A stretch of DNA of 64,000 nt, taken from NCBI GenBank assembly GCA_023515795.1, contig JALGPX010000047.1, positions 1 to 64,000 on the forward strand. The letters run 5' to 3'. The notes beneath the pieces were generated by a model that saw only the letters and a list, made by a program, of their open reading frames with translations, was not told the DNA's origin and made no database searches. The position numbers and the translations under genes were made by a program. Shown here piece after piece: positions 43,713-54,355 of the stretch; positions within the stretch are counted from its first letter, which is position 1; every line of letters begins with the position of its first letter. Source of the stretch: Amoeboaphelidium occidentale (Eukaryota).

Positions 43713-44454
43713 ATGATCAAGACCAAATTCATCACTGGCAACAACGGCGCTGGCGGCTCAAGTAGTGCAGCAGCTAGACAGTTGAAGGCCCAGAAGGAAG
43801 GGATGTTCGACATGTACCAACGCTCTTCTGTCCTTAGCAAGCGCCATAAGTCAAGCGATGATTTAGAAGCTGTGTGTACATTGTTAACAAGCAGCCTTAT
43901 GAAGAAGGAGAAGTATCTTTTCTCTACTTGCGCCAAAATTGGGTGGTTGGGGTAGCGTCCCTTTGGAAACTTTACCCGAGGACGAATCTGATCAGCTGGT
44001 CAAGAATGCCATTGTGCTCTTCTTGTCTTTGTATGGTTACCGTAATTTGTCACAATTGCCGTCGTATGTTGAAATGTCTGTGTCTTTTGCTTTCAAGTTG
44101 CCGCTGTTTGATGAAGAGTTGATTTTCAAGGGCTTTTCATTCAGACAACCAAGCGGCAGTGGTAGTGGTATTACTGTGTACTTGACCGTCCCCAGTGATA
44201 TTGCAAAAGTACACAATTATCAATTCAAGAAGATTGTGGTTGGGATTTTGGATTTCTTTGATGATTACTATGAAGGATATCCAGGATCACCAGCAAGGAT
44301 TGTATTCTGCATTCCAAAGAAGGCATTTTCGACAAATGAGCAAATGATTACGGTTACCAAGGCATTCTTGTATGCTGGATTTGAGATTGTCAACTGGTAT
44401 GGGTTACAAGGGGAAGCAGCATCAAACTATATGCTCCTCGGGAATATTATGTAA
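43713..44454 (+). CDS. OAZ1: Ornithine decarboxylase antizyme, expressed by +1 ribosomal frameshift at 43950-43955
   Basis: 80-codon ORF1 ends GGG TGG TTG GGG TAG; the overlapping +1 ORF2 lacks an early ATG and ends with antizyme motifs FKKIVVGILDF...IVFCIPK...KAFLYAGFEIV...YMLL. Confidence 0.85.
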
Positions 44455-44717
44455 AAAGTTTGGAATAAAATTGNNNNNNNNNNNNNNNNNNNGCAAATGA
44501 TTACGGTTACCAAGGCATTCTTGTATGCTGGATTTGAGATTGTCAACGGGTATGGGTTACAAGGGGAAGCAGCATCAAACTATATGCTCCTCGGGAATAT
44601 TATGTAAAAAGTTTGGAATAAAATTGAAATACGAAATTTGTAGGTGGTTTCTTAGAAGAGGAGGCAGTTGTATCGTCTTGAACGATCCAAAAAAAAGCCA
44701 CAATCCACAAAAAGAGA

Positions 44718-44789
44718 TGCTCACACCAGGAATCGAACCTGGATTGCAGCAGCCACAATGCTGAGTAATGACCATTATACCATATGAGC
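44718..44789 (-). tRNA. tRNA-His (GUG), intronless
   Basis: GCTCATA/TGTGAGC acceptor stem, CAGCA-TTGTGGC-TGCTG anticodon arm, GGTTCGATTCC T-arm, downstream TTTTT; G-1 not encoded. Confidence 0.95.
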
Positions 44790-45140
44790 TTCACGTTTAC
44801 TATTGTAGTACAGAACAGATTTCAACGAAGGATTCAAGGAAGTGTGTTAATTATGATGTTTTATTAACACGTTAAAGAAATCAATTGAGCATCATTGTTT
44901 GTTGTTGTTTCCATATCGATGAGATATCCCAAAACGGAAAGAGACCGCACGTGATAGTCCAATAGAGGTGTTGAATTATAACATTAAAGAAAAGTTTCGT
45001 GAGGATTTTGGATGCTTTCTTGTTTCACGCGAAAAGCTTTCTCATTGGACATTTTGAACCTTAATTAAAACAACCACAAGAATCACTTTGAAATGATTTA
45101 TTTCTAACAACTCTTAACTGCCATATCACCCGTAACGCGC

Positions 45141-45899
45141 TTATTTGGCCAACTTCTTTTGCTCAATCTCTGCGGCCTTTTCATAGTGTTTCAAGTATTC
45201 ATCTGTTCCGATGTAGGTGATTGTGCTCTGTACAGAAACTACCAGTTGCTTAACAAGGACATTTGCTAGAGGATTTCCACTGAGTTTCATTGTCTGAATT
45301 GCAGCGCACTTTGACATTGTTGGAGGTAACCATTCAATCTTATTGCCCTGAATCAGCAATACTTTTAATTTGATCAAGTTACATATTTCCAGTGGTAAGA
45401 ATCGTAGCTTGTTATCTCGAAGCACCAACGTCTCCATTTGAACCAATTTTCCTAGATCACCTTGAATATATTCCATCTTATTATCGCTCAAGTACAGACA
45501 CTTCAGTGTAGACAAGTAGAAGAAGTTATTCCGTAACTCTTTAATCTCATTACTTGATAGATCCAATACTCTTAAGCTAGGGCATGAACCAAATCCATTC
45601 GGCATTTCTTGAATCTTGTTACAACTCAATATCAGAGTTGATAGTCTTGGTAATTGTGCCAAAGAGGTTGGCAATGTCTTGATCTGGTTAGAGAACAACG
45701 ATAAATGTTCCAGCTGTGAGAGTAGTGATATGTTGTCAGGTATTGATGATAGTGAGCAATTAGAAAGATTGAGGGATGTGATGTATGGGAGTGATTTGAA
45801 TAGATCGTCTGGTATAGTCTTTACAGAATATCTGCTGATATTCAATTGGGGTGTTCCTTTCTGCCTGACATCCTCAACAATCTTCTTGTAACTTTGCAT
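45141..45899 (-). CDS. RSU1: Ras suppressor protein 1 (LRR; PINCH/ILK/parvin partner)
   Basis: KKIVED.R start, GFGSCPSLRVLDL, NFFYLSTLKCLYLSDN, LRDN, IQGN..LPP and C-terminal YIGTDEY follow metazoan RSU1 across its length. Confidence 0.85.
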   Translation of the reverse strand: MQSYKKIVEDVRQKGTPQLNISRYSVKTIPDDLFKSLPYITSLNLSNCSLSSIPDNISLLSQLEHLSLFSNQIKTLPTSLAQLPRLSTLILSCNKIQEMPNGFGSCPSLRVLDLSSNEIKELRNNFFYLSTLKCLYLSDNKMEYIQGDLGKLVQMETLVLRDNKLRFLPLEICNLIKLKVLLIQGNKIEWLPPTMSKCAAIQTMKLSGNPLANVLVKQLVVSVQSTITYIGTDEYLKHYEKAAEIEQKKLAK

Positions 45900-45932
45900 T
45901 TCGTTCGAATCTTGTCCTGAAAGAAAACCAGT

Positions 45933-48900
45933 ATGAACTTTGAACGGTTCGGTTTCAGGCCATTAGAACTCCTTACGGAAACGCTTAATGCTTTTCTTTT
46001 GAACATAAAAGAAGAAGAAGATTTTCTGTACTTTCTCTTTATTAAGCAAACTGGTGAATGCTTCAGTGTAAAGAAGAAGTTTAACCCGTACATTTTGCTC
46101 GAGCTTAGGGATGGTGTTGCGACAATCGATGAGAAGCTCATAAGACAGAAGCTGCCTGCCGTAACTCGAATTTCCGTTGTGAAGAAGACCTGTCTGAACT
46201 CTGTTAACCATTTAAGTGGCGAAATGAAGTCGTTTGTTAAGTTGGAATTTGACACTGGCGAGGCTTTGATTGAAACACGCCGCAACTTGCAAAGGGAACT
46301 TCGGAACAATTCAATGGTCAGAGTGAATTACGGAAACACAAATTCCAGTTCGCTAACAGACAGCATATCATCAATGATCAGCGATCTGAAGGAATATGAC
46401 ATTTCCTTGATTACTCGTGTAATGATTGATCACGACTACAGAATTGGTCTCTGGTACGCATTGAGCCCTGAAGACAAGGACATTCTTATTGAAAGGAATT
46501 ATGATCTGATCATTCCTCCTGATTTTCCTGTTTGTGCTTTTGATATTGAGACATCGAAACAGCCATTGAAATTTCCGTCGATGGAAACAGACGAAATTAT
46601 GATGATCTCTTATATGGTTTCGGACTCTGAGGGTTACTTGATCATTAACAGGAACATTGTCTCAAAGGATCTGCAGAGCTTTGAATATTCCCCAAAGGAA
46701 GAGTACCAGGGCAATTTTGTTGTGTACAATGAAAGCTCTGAAGAAGCGCTGCTTCAAAGGTTCTTTACACATATGAAACAGTTGAAGCCTCTGTTATATG
46801 TTACTTACAACGGTGACTATTTTGATTTTCCTTATGTTGAATATCGTGCCAAAGTGTATGGTCTTGACATGAAGGAAGAAATTGGTGTGTTTTTAAATAA
46901 TGATTACTATGAATGTTTGTATGGTTCTCATATGGATTGTTTAAAATGGGTCAAGAGAGATTCATATCTTCCGGTTGGTTCTCAGGGCTTGAAATCTGTT
47001 ACAAAGTACAAGTTGGGTTATGATCCTAAAGAATTGGATCCTGAATTGATGACTCCTTATGCTTATGAGAAACCAGAGATTCTGGCTGATTATTCTGTTT
47101 CTGATGCTGTTGCAACGTACTATCTGTACAAGAAGTATATCTTTACTTTCATTTTCTCTTTATGTAATATCATTCCATTGTTGCCAGATGACGTCTTGAG
47201 AAAGGGTTCTGGAACTCTTTGCGAATGCTTGTTGATGGTTGAAGCGTACAAAGCCAATGTTATCATGCCAAACAAGCATCAAGAACAAAAGGGTGTGTTC
47301 TATGAAGGTCACTTGTTGCTGCAAGAGACTTATGTTGGAGGTCATGTTGAAGCTTTGCAAAGTGGTATCTATCGTAGTGATATTCCTATTGAGTTCAAGA
47401 TGAATCCAGGGAAGTTACAAGAGCTTTCTGCATCGGTAGAAGATGTTCTGGAATTCAGTTTAAAGACTGAATACAAGACCAAAAAGGAAGATGTTGAGAA
47501 CTTTGATGAGATTTGTGCTCAAATTAAAGAAGAACTGCTGGATTTACAAATGAATCCGAATGATCACAGGAAGCCATTGATTTATCATTTGGATGTCGGA
47601 GCCATGTATCCTAATATTATTTTAACAAACAGATTGCAACCGCCAGCAATCGTTACCGAAGATGATTGTGTAAGGTGTGAGTACTTTGATGAGCAAGAGC
47701 AGTGTCAAAGAAAAATGGAATGGGTTTGGAGAGGAGAATACTTTCCTGCATTGAAGAGCGAATACAATATGATTAGAAATCAACTTGAGCAAGAAACATT
47801 TGAAAACGGCAAAAAGTTTAATGAATTGTCTGAAGCAGTTCAGTTGCAAAAGATTACAAAAAGATTAACTGAATATTGTAAGAAAGTTTATCATAAAACC
47901 AAGCAAACTCAACAAACTAAAAAGAAGTCTATTGTTTGCCAAAGAGAGAATTCGTTTTACGTAGATACCGTTCGCAACTTCAGAGATAGAAGATACGAGT
48001 ACAAAGCCAAATTGAAAGAATGGAAGAATAATGCGGAAGCTGATGCACAGGTCAAAGAGAAGATGGTTGTTTTGATGGACTCCTTACAATTGGCACACAA
48101 GTGTATTCTGAACAGCTTTTACGGGTATGTTATGAGAAAAGGATCAAGATGGTACTCCATGGAAATGGCTGGTATTGTTTGCTACACGGGTTCCAAGATT
48201 ATCAGAATGGCTCGTGAATTAGTTGATGATATTGGAAAGCCTTTGGAGTTGGATACTGATGGTATCTGGTGTATGCTTCCAAAAGGTTTTCCTGAAAACT
48301 ATGCAATGAAATTGAAGAGTGGTAAAGTTATCAGTATTTCCTACCCCTGCTCATTGCTGAACCACATGGTTCATTCGAACTTTACAAACAATCAGTATCA
48401 TGAATTGGTCGATCCTGAGAATAATACTTTTGAAGTTAGATCCGAGAACTCCATCTTTTTCGAAGTTGATGGTCCTTATCATGGAATGATGTTGCCTGCG
48501 TCTACGGAAGAGAACAGATTGCTCAAAAAGAGATATGCGGTTTTCAACGAAGATGGTTCTTTATCTGAGTTGAAGGGATTTGAAGTTAAAAGAAGAGGCG
48601 AGTTAAAAATGGTTAAAGTGTTCCAAGAGCAGGTGTTTGATGTTATTACGCAGGGAACAAATCTTAAAGAATGTTACAGTCATTTAGCAGAGGTTTGTGA
48701 TCGTTGGCTAGATATGCTCTTTACTAGAGGTGAAGGCATTACTGTTGATGAGCTTGTTGAGTACATTTCTGAGAATCGATCAATGTCTAAGGCTTTGGAA
48801 GAATACGGAAAACAAAAATCAACATCCATTACAACAGCAAAAAGACTCGCTGAGTTCCTTGGTGATCAAATGGTGAAAGAGAAAGGTTTGGCTTGTAAAT

Positions 48901-51900
48901 TCATTATTGCTTCAAAACCTCAAGGAGCCCCAGTTGCAGAACGTGCTATTCCGATAGCGATCTTTCAGGCTGAAGAACAAGTTTGTTTGTATTATCTGAG
49001 AAGATGGATGAAGGACTCGTTACTGACAACAACAGATATTCGCGATTTGCTAGACTGGGACTATTATCTTGAAAGAGTTGGTTCTGTGATCCAAAAACTT
49101 GTTACAATTCCCGCAGCAATGCAAGGAGTTACTGGTTTGGTTACAAGAGTAAAACCACCTGAATGGGTTACAAGAGGCGTCTCGAGCAAGCAACAAAGAA
49201 AAATTGACGAGTTCTTTAAAGTCAAAGAGATTGAAGACAAAGATTCAGACTCTGATGAAAGCGAACTCGAAGCTGAGAAACCTAAAGTCGTTGAGATTGA
49301 TATTGAAGATATTGGTTCAAAAAAGTTGAAGCTGGAACCACCGCCCGTTGAGAAGAAACAAAGGCTTCTTAAAAAGCTCTCTAAAAGTCATGTCGATTGT
49401 CAGAATGACAAGAATCCTTTTGATGACTATCAGGAATGGTTACAAGTTCAGAAAACAAAGTGGAAGACGCAAAGAAATGCGAGAAGAGATTATGCTGATA
49501 GAACATCCAATTCTTTGTTCAAGAGACAAAATCCTATTAATTCATCGGCGTCTTATTTTCCTGTTCATATCAATCGTACAGATTCGCCGGGTGTTTACAG
49601 ATTGTTCCTCGTTAATACATCAAGTGGCGGCAATGAAGTGGTGAACGTCCGCATTAAGGTTCAGAGAGTATTTTATGTTGATTGTGTCGAAAAGGATGAC
49701 TCAAGACCATTATGTTTGTCTAAAACTATTCCATCTGATCATTCAGTAAGCTACTTGTATGAGTTCAAAATTGATGAAGAAGAATACGAGCGCAAGAAAG
49801 ATACATACTTGAAGTTCATGTGGCATAATCAAACACTGCGTGTATACGAAGACTTGATTCCTTTAGACTGGAGGTTTTTGACCAGCATGAGAAGTAACTT
49901 GCTGAAACTGAACTTGTCGTATCATAACAAAGGAAATTGTCTTCACAGCGAAACTGATTTGAAGTTTGTAACGATTACCAATGCGATGAAGTTTGATCCA
50001 ATAAGCTGTTTACAAACAGCAAAAGTTGCGTATTTGTATCATGTGGAATTCAATGCAAAAAAATCTTTCTATACTTTGATATTCGGCGAATCGATTCATG
50101 TATTTGTTTTTGATGCGAATAATGTTCAAAAAGTTACTACTGTCAATACTTCTAGTGTGAAGAAAGTGTACAAGGAAAGACTGTCTCGTTTGGAACAAAT
50201 GAATGACAAGAAAATGTTCAATTATTTGCCTGAAATGAATGCCGAGTTTACATTGAGCACGGTCGATGATCCAACTCCTGGAATAGTAAAGCTGATTACC
50301 AAATTCAAGGATTCATCTCCAAATTTTATGTTGGTCTTTCATTCAAATCGTCCTCTCAACTCTTTGCAGACAAGAGTTGTATATGAATTTCCTGTATTTG
50401 AAATGCATGTCCAGAAGCAAGATTATCAACAGATTCAAATGGACTGGCATCGTGTCTTGCTGAACAGATCTGTTCAATCTTACTTGCATCTTAATGATTA
50501 TTTCTTGGATCGTGCGGTTCTAAATGATTATGCTGGCGGTTGTGTTTTGAGTCAGTTGATTAAGACATCGGATCCATTAATGTTCATGTACGATCTACTT
50601 CTTTCGAGGCAAGCAGAGGATCACCACTTGTTGTCATGGTATAAATTAAGTCAGTCGAAAGATGGAGGTTTGACCACTGAATCGATTAGCGGTCTTGAAA
50701 CACACGAAAAGTTCAAGATTTTGAATCCTGGCTACTATGAAAAGTACACTTTTGAATTTGATTTGACGGATTTATGCATGGCGGCAATAGTTCAGTCTAC
50801 TCTTTTACAAGAAATGGAAGGAGTTCAAGATGAGAGTGCAACCATGAAAAATCTCGACTCATATTTCAATACTGCAGGGGCCGCTCAAGGGATCAAAAGC
50901 AACTCAGCATTCAAAAGTCTTAAGATGCTGGTAAGAAAGTTTGCCAAAGATAACTTCATTGGTGGCAATGTTGTAGCAAGAATGATGTTGAATAATTTGT
51001 ACCGCTTTATCTCATCTAAATCCATGTCTAACATTTATGACCCTCAACTGCACGCATTTGTGGATAGTTTGATGAAAAAAATGTTGTTGCAATTAATGGC
51101 TGAGATCCAGCGTCTATTCTCAGGAAAGTGTTCATTTGTCTACGCTTCGTTTGACAAGATCATCATTTCTTTCAGTAACATCAAGAGTTACAAGGCTTTT
51201 GAGAAGTACACTGAGTATGTATTAGACCGTTTAAAGAAAAATGATTTGTTTGGAATGCTTGGAATCAAGAAGAGTGACAAATTGTATTTGAACTATCTCT
51301 TCTTGAACGAGGAAAATTTTGCCGGAGTCTTGTCAAATAATGAACAAGATGATGACAAGGAAAATCAGATTAGTTTGGATACTGCAGCAAAATGGAGATT
51401 ATCTGCGATGTTTCCTAAAAAGGTTGCATTCTTGTTTGGTGAAATTATAAAAGAGTTTTTGCTAAAGTTGGTTACTGATTGCAGCAAGATTTCCTTGAAA
51501 GAGTTCACCATGAAACTGTTGGGCTTTGTTAAAGTCATTCACCAAAAACAACAACAGGATGATGAAGAGTACTCCCTTTCGCATACTTCTCACATCTTGA
51601 GATTGAAACAGGCACAATCTTCTGAATTCAAGGCAGAGAATTACAATGCAGCATTGGAGTTTGTTGTAGCAGCGACTCATTTATTCTCTTTGAACGCATC
51701 GTTATCTGATGATGTGCGTATTTCTAGAAAGAACTGTTTACAACTATTGGGAACTATGGAATTCTCCAAAGAAGCAGATTTTGATGCTTCTTCGAGTGAA
51801 ACAATTATCCTTGAGAACGTTCTCTGCTCTTATTGTCAATGTGTTGCAGATGTTGATCTGTTGGCAGGATATTATGATAATACACTTTCTCCATTTGCAT

Positions 51901-52232
51901 GCAAGGCTTGTAAGTATGAATATGATTTGGAAGAGTTTGAGATGGCTTTGATCGAGAAGGTTGAATCTATGGTTTTGAGCTATCACTGTCAGGACTTGGT
52001 ATGCTCTAAATGTAAGGCAATTATGAGAGAAAACATGAGACTATATTGCAAGTTATGCGCTGAGCCATACATTCTTATCACTGATTCTTATTCAAAAGAA
52101 AACAAGACGTGGGTCTCTGGCTACACTTCAGCTAAAGAAATACAGAAGTTGATACAGACGCTCAAGATCTTGGCAACTGACTATAAGATGGAGCTTCTTA
52201 GGAGCACTCTCGTTTATTACGAAGCTAACTAA
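45933..52232 (+). CDS. POL2: DNA polymerase epsilon catalytic subunit, intronless (2099 aa)
   Basis: AFDIETSK, YHLDVGAMYPNIILTNRLQP, HKCILNSFYGY, LELDTDGIW, C-terminal Cys motifs. Confidence 0.98.
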   Translation: MNFERFGFRPLELLTETLNAFLLNIKEEEDFLYFLFIKQTGECFSVKKKFNPYILLELRDGVATIDEKLIRQKLPAVTRISVVKKTCLNSVNHLSGEMKSFVKLEFDTGEALIETRRNLQRELRNNSMVRVNYGNTNSSSLTDSISSMISDLKEYDISLITRVMIDHDYRIGLWYALSPEDKDILIERNYDLIIPPDFPVCAFDIETSKQPLKFPSMETDEIMMISYMVSDSEGYLIINRNIVSKDLQSFEYSPKEEYQGNFVVYNESSEEALLQRFFTHMKQLKPLLYVTYNGDYFDFPYVEYRAKVYGLDMKEEIGVFLNNDYYECLYGSHMDCLKWVKRDSYLPVGSQGLKSVTKYKLGYDPKELDPELMTPYAYEKPEILADYSVSDAVATYYLYKKYIFTFIFSLCNIIPLLPDDVLRKGSGTLCECLLMVEAYKANVIMPNKHQEQKGVFYEGHLLLQETYVGGHVEALQSGIYRSDIPIEFKMNPGKLQELSASVEDVLEFSLKTEYKTKKEDVENFDEICAQIKEELLDLQMNPNDHRKPLIYHLDVGAMYPNIILTNRLQPPAIVTEDDCVRCEYFDEQEQCQRKMEWVWRGEYFPALKSEYNMIRNQLEQETFENGKKFNELSEAVQLQKITKRLTEYCKKVYHKTKQTQQTKKKSIVCQRENSFYVDTVRNFRDRRYEYKAKLKEWKNNAEADAQVKEKMVVLMDSLQLAHKCILNSFYGYVMRKGSRWYSMEMAGIVCYTGSKIIRMARELVDDIGKPLELDTDGIWCMLPKGFPENYAMKLKSGKVISISYPCSLLNHMVHSNFTNNQYHELVDPENNTFEVRSENSIFFEVDGPYHGMMLPASTEENRLLKKRYAVFNEDGSLSELKGFEVKRRGELKMVKVFQEQVFDVITQGTNLKECYSHLAEVCDRWLDMLFTRGEGITVDELVEYISENRSMSKALEEYGKQKSTSITTAKRLAEFLGDQMVKEKGLACKFIIASKPQGAPVAERAIPIAIFQAEEQVCLYYLRRWMKDSLLTTTDIRDLLDWDYYLERVGSVIQKLVTIPAAMQGVTGLVTRVKPPEWVTRGVSSKQQRKIDEFFKVKEIEDKDSDSDESELEAEKPKVVEIDIEDIGSKKLKLEPPPVEKKQRLLKKLSKSHVDCQNDKNPFDDYQEWLQVQKTKWKTQRNARRDYADRTSNSLFKRQNPINSSASYFPVHINRTDSPGVYRLFLVNTSSGGNEVVNVRIKVQRVFYVDCVEKDDSRPLCLSKTIPSDHSVSYLYEFKIDEEEYERKKDTYLKFMWHNQTLRVYEDLIPLDWRFLTSMRSNLLKLNLSYHNKGNCLHSETDLKFVTITNAMKFDPISCLQTAKVAYLYHVEFNAKKSFYTLIFGESIHVFVFDANNVQKVTTVNTSSVKKVYKERLSRLEQMNDKKMFNYLPEMNAEFTLSTVDDPTPGIVKLITKFKDSSPNFMLVFHSNRPLNSLQTRVVYEFPVFEMHVQKQDYQQIQMDWHRVLLNRSVQSYLHLNDYFLDRAVLNDYAGGCVLSQLIKTSDPLMFMYDLLLSRQAEDHHLLSWYKLSQSKDGGLTTESISGLETHEKFKILNPGYYEKYTFEFDLTDLCMAAIVQSTLLQEMEGVQDESATMKNLDSYFNTAGAAQGIKSNSAFKSLKMLVRKFAKDNFIGGNVVARMMLNNLYRFISSKSMSNIYDPQLHAFVDSLMKKMLLQLMAEIQRLFSGKCSFVYASFDKIIISFSNIKSYKAFEKYTEYVLDRLKKNDLFGMLGIKKSDKLYLNYLFLNEENFAGVLSNNEQDDDKENQISLDTAAKWRLSAMFPKKVAFLFGEIIKEFLLKLVTDCSKISLKEFTMKLLGFVKVIHQKQQQDDEEYSLSHTSHILRLKQAQSSEFKAENYNAALEFVVAATHLFSLNASLSDDVRISRKNCLQLLGTMEFSKEADFDASSSETIILENVLCSYCQCVADVDLLAGYYDNTLSPFACKACKYEYDLEEFEMALIEKVESMVLSYHCQDLVCSKCKAIMRENMRLYCKLCAEPYILITDSYSKENKTWVSGYTSAKEIQKLIQTLKILATDYKMELLRSTLVYYEAN

Positions 52233-52571
52233 ACGAGCTATTGTACAATTACTCGCGCAGAGCCCCATAAATAGGTTGCAGATTTCGTTTTTCTCTTCTA
52301 CTCCACATTGCGCCCTTTTCCTGCTCTGTTGTACAAGCCATCGTCCGTCTTATTATCTGGAGGTTTACACAAACAAGCAGGACGTTCCCCTTTCGCAGAC
52401 AATAAGGTAATTACATTGCTAACTTTCTCTAAAAGGACAACCCGCTTGAAACAAAGGCCTTCTACCTCTATAGCAAGTGTAAAGTTTATTGAACTACAAG
52501 ATTACAGTTGAAATTTAAGATTCAGGCTGATCGATATCTAAAATGCACTTTCCAGGATTATTCATTTGTTC

Positions 52572-52978
52572 CTAGAGATGAACAAAGTATGGTTCGATCT
52601 CTCGAATCATTATATTTGGCCTTTTGGGCTTTGTCTTCTTCACAAGTAGAAACTGAACAGCGCGAGCAACAGAAAACCCAACTCGTCTCAGAGCAGATAT
52701 CTCAGTATCCTGCTTTTTGACCACAGAAAAGAGATATTTGACTTGGGCCTGTAATTCTTCATTTGCTTTCATTAATCTGCTGATTTCGGCACTTTGCTTC
52801 ATGGCGGTTTCATTTAGCTTCGCAGCCGATTCCTTTAACAGCGCGATTTCTCCCGCGAGGATCCTGTTAGTTTCATCTTGCTGCAGCTTTTCACTTTGCA
52901 GCCGTTCGATGGCGGCACCCTGAACTCCGATGAAGTTTCTTAGTTGGGCAGCTCTGCGAATAACGTTTCTTCAGACAT
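52572..52978 (-). pseudogene. Coiled-coil ORF with a 1-nt frameshift just after the start (relic or sequence error)
   Basis: ATG TCT GAA GAA is one base out of frame with NVIRRAAQLRNF...LQAQVKYL, a heptad-rich open frame. Confidence 0.35.
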
Positions 52979-53732
52979 TTTATAAAATAAGTTGACACTC
53001 TGAATGATCTCGAGTTTGCGTGTATGTCTTGTATTTATCGGCCAATCTGTTTGATTGAGAAAGGGTATGCTCCTGCGTTCATTTTGGGGCTCCGATAATT
53101 AGAGTATAATTCCGAAATAGAGAATAATTCGTCTGACCTCTAATGCTCAAACGGTCCTTAATATATCAGGTGATGCCTGCTCCCATTAAAATACTTACAA
53201 AGAATTGTAAAACAGACTAGTCACTTGTTGAATTCACACCTGCCGACTAGACTCTGACACGCTCTTGTATAAGGCAGAAAATCAATGCAAGTAGGCGAAT
53301 TTGCAGACAGTTTGCCAGATGTTTAAAGTGCATGGTTCACGTATATTGCAACAGAACACAAAACTGAGAGTGGTCAATCGGAAGCATGATCAGGTAAAGA
53401 GCAAGCATCAAGTGCTTTCTGACATGATCATAGAGCGAACTAAATAGAATTTCGAGGTGTGAAGACAGCACGACTTCAACTGGGCATGATCTCATTGTTA
53501 AGAAGGATGTATCAGCAGCAAAATAACATGAAAAATATCTCAGTACATTACTTTTTAACAAGATAAAGACACCATAGTTTCCTGAGGCAATTATTAGCCG
53601 ATAATTCAGTAACCGCTTCATAAAGGACGCTGCTTTATTCATCCGAAAACTAAACGCGAAACTCGCGACTACTTCAATCTCTTTCGGTTCGACGCCGATC
53701 ATTGAAAAAAATCTTTTTCAGAGTAAACCAAT

Positions 53733-54088
53733 ATGAGCGCTCAAGCAAAAACTGGACTTGCAGTCGGTCTTAACAAGGGACACGTCGTCACAGTTCGTGA
53801 GACACGCCCTAAGCCATCCAACAAGAAGGTACACCTAACGCGCATTCCTAAAGCTAACCTCTGAAGGGTCAAGCAACCAAGAGAACAGTTTTCGTTAGAC
53901 AATTGATAAGGGACGTTGTTGGATTTGCTCCATACGAAAAGAGAGTTATGGAATTACTGAAGAACTCCAAAGACAAGAGAGCCAGAAAGTTGGCAAAGAA
54001 GAGACTCGGAACTTTCTATCGCGCAAAGAAGAAGACTGAAGAGTTGAGCGGTGTTATCGCAGAACAAAGACGTCAGCAAGCTCACTAA
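53733..54088 (+). CDS. RPL36: 60S ribosomal protein eL36 (intron 53829-53866)
   Basis: [10 protein letters not shown]...[13 protein letters not shown]...[16 protein letters not shown]. Confidence 0.96.
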
Positions 54089-54355
54089 ATAAAAGTTGCC
54101 ATAGGAATTGGAGTGTTGGGTTTGGCGTTTATGAAAGTGGACAGAAGGGATCGAAATGATTACTTATGGTATGCACCACCAAAATGATTTGCTTTTGCAA
54201 TGATATGAAAGCACCATAGAATAACGTAATGATCGATCTCTTCTGTAAACTTTATGTAAACGTTCTATGAGAAAGTGTGAATACCGGACCGGCGAATTGC
54301 CGAGTTATTTTTAGAATCTGGCAGATCTACGACCTCGACCGGTCTTCATAGTAAT

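Noticed and set aside
44339..44626. Second copy of the antizyme 3' end
   Set aside because: Duplicate across an N gap; not a separate gene
44525..44794. Short ORFs over the tRNA, and the many antisense ORFs inside real genes
   Set aside because: Shadow frames of the tRNA or of well-supported CDSs, with no independent evidence
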